The notes under the pieces are model-generated. The model saw only the letters and a list, made by a program, of their open reading frames with translations. It made no database searches and was not told the DNA's origin. A stretch of 64,000 bases of DNA from Puccinia triticina (Eukaryota): contig CP110439.1 of assembly GCA_026914245.1 (NCBI GenBank), positions 8,494,001 to 8,558,000 on the forward strand. The letters run 5' to 3'. Positions 62,728-64,000 of the stretch are shown here, piece after piece; within the stretch, counting starts at the first letter, position 1, and each line of letters opens with the position of its first letter. A program made the translations under genes and the position numbers.

Positions 62728-64000
62728 AGGAAGGGGATTTCTGCTGACGAACAGTGGCTGATTGGTCAGAATCCACCATCCCCGCGGCGCGCGCCAATTG
62801 GTGCACTGGGTGCGCAGGAGCAGCACGGCAGGTTCTGTGGACAGAGCTTATTTCTTGGCCAAATTGAAACAACCACAACGCGATTTCCGTTCAACATCTC
62901 CACAAGGCTCGCACCGTCGTTGGAAATTCCATAGGAGGATAAAAAATGGTGCTTTACTTTAAATCAAATGGTAAGTTGTTCCTCGTTGTAATTTCTGCAG
63001 TATATGTCAATCTTTACTCACCGAACCTGTGTCTCTTTTCTGGACCCTATTTTGAAGCCAGTCGTCGATCCCACAAACCCAGTGACCCTGTAAGAACGAA
63101 ACCCATCTCAGTTGATTCGTATCTTTTTGTCTCTGGTTGCTAATCCAAGCTTTCATGCTGATTTGTACGCCTAATTTCAAGATATATGGGTAAGGACAAA
63201 GTAACCAATCCTCCTTCTGATGGCCTCGAGCAAAAAACATCAATAAGCTTAATGCAATGTCAACCTACTTTATGGAAACATGCTTATCTAGCATGAGAAC
63301 GAAGAATTGATTAAACATTCATGGGCAGAGGACGTCTGGTTTCATGTTGACAAGGTAGGGAGTTGCTCACTGAACGGCGGTCAAAGGCCATCTAATCTTT
63401 GGAAATCTCACGATGAAAACCATTGATGGTCAAATATGTAATGATGAACAAGATGATGACGACTTCAATGTTATGGCAAACCTCTAGCTATCATCCGCTC
63501 ATGTTTACATTCGACTACCCAGCTCGATGCCCGACATGGAGGCCATCCCCGAAGCGTTACTACAGTTGAGCACCTTCACCTCTTCCTCCAAACGATTAAA
63601 AGGGTACTTCAATAAACCTTATCAGCGGCTTGTCTTCCTTTTCACACTCCAGGGACTGCACGCAGCTCGTCAAAGCAAACTCTATCGGTCAGTCTCTTCA
63701 AAGACTGCCTTTTGGGCACTCCGTGGTGTCCTTGCTCAGCTGTATGTTTGGGTCGATCTAGAGGGGAACAAGAGGGATAACCTTACCATAATTTGTGAGC
63801 TATCTTCCGTCTAACATATTCGCGATCAGCTCTAAACAACCGAGTTGTCAGTCAATTTCGGTACATATTAAGTGATTGTTTGTGTGTTCAACCACTGTAT
63901 ATTACTTCGTAAAGTCACACCAGCTTCTAATCTGAAGAAAACGGGGGACATGGCGACAGGACAAGTAAGTTTTCACTCGGATAAGATTGTCAAACGTGTT

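Noticed and set aside
62945..64000. Possible gene start at the right edge
   Set aside because: Splice-like signals and a 95-aa frame exist, but no consistent model or family could be built within the window.

Overview
Eukaryotic, intron-rich, transposon-dominated DNA. It is most consistent with a rust fungus (Pucciniales, probably Puccinia), inferred from gene style, transposon types and a TpCpG mutation signature. The first ~45 kb is a nested transposon graveyard: a Copia relic split by a RecQ-helicase (AcademH-type) element with a perfect 9-bp TSD, two hAT transposase relics (one complete with TIRs and an 8-bp TSD), a Gypsy relic, LTRs, a KDZ (Kyakuja-Dileera-Zisupton) transposase block with accessory genes, four Helitron-like hairpin-CTAG ends and many MITEs. 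Recognisable host genes are a cyclophilin, a ~900-aa secreted Gly/Pro/Ala/Ser silk-like protein, a Dsn1/Mis13-like kinetochore protein, a small ankyrin-repeat protein and a decayed secreted-protein gene. The most unusual structures are a ~34-copy array of a 28-bp double-palindrome unit (25.65-26.63 kb), a directly adjacent foldback with two outward-facing Helitron-type 3' ends, and a family of 9-bp-TSD elements whose ends each fold into a GC-rich stem-loop. All calls come from reading the sequence by eye; no searches were run, and exon borders are approximate.
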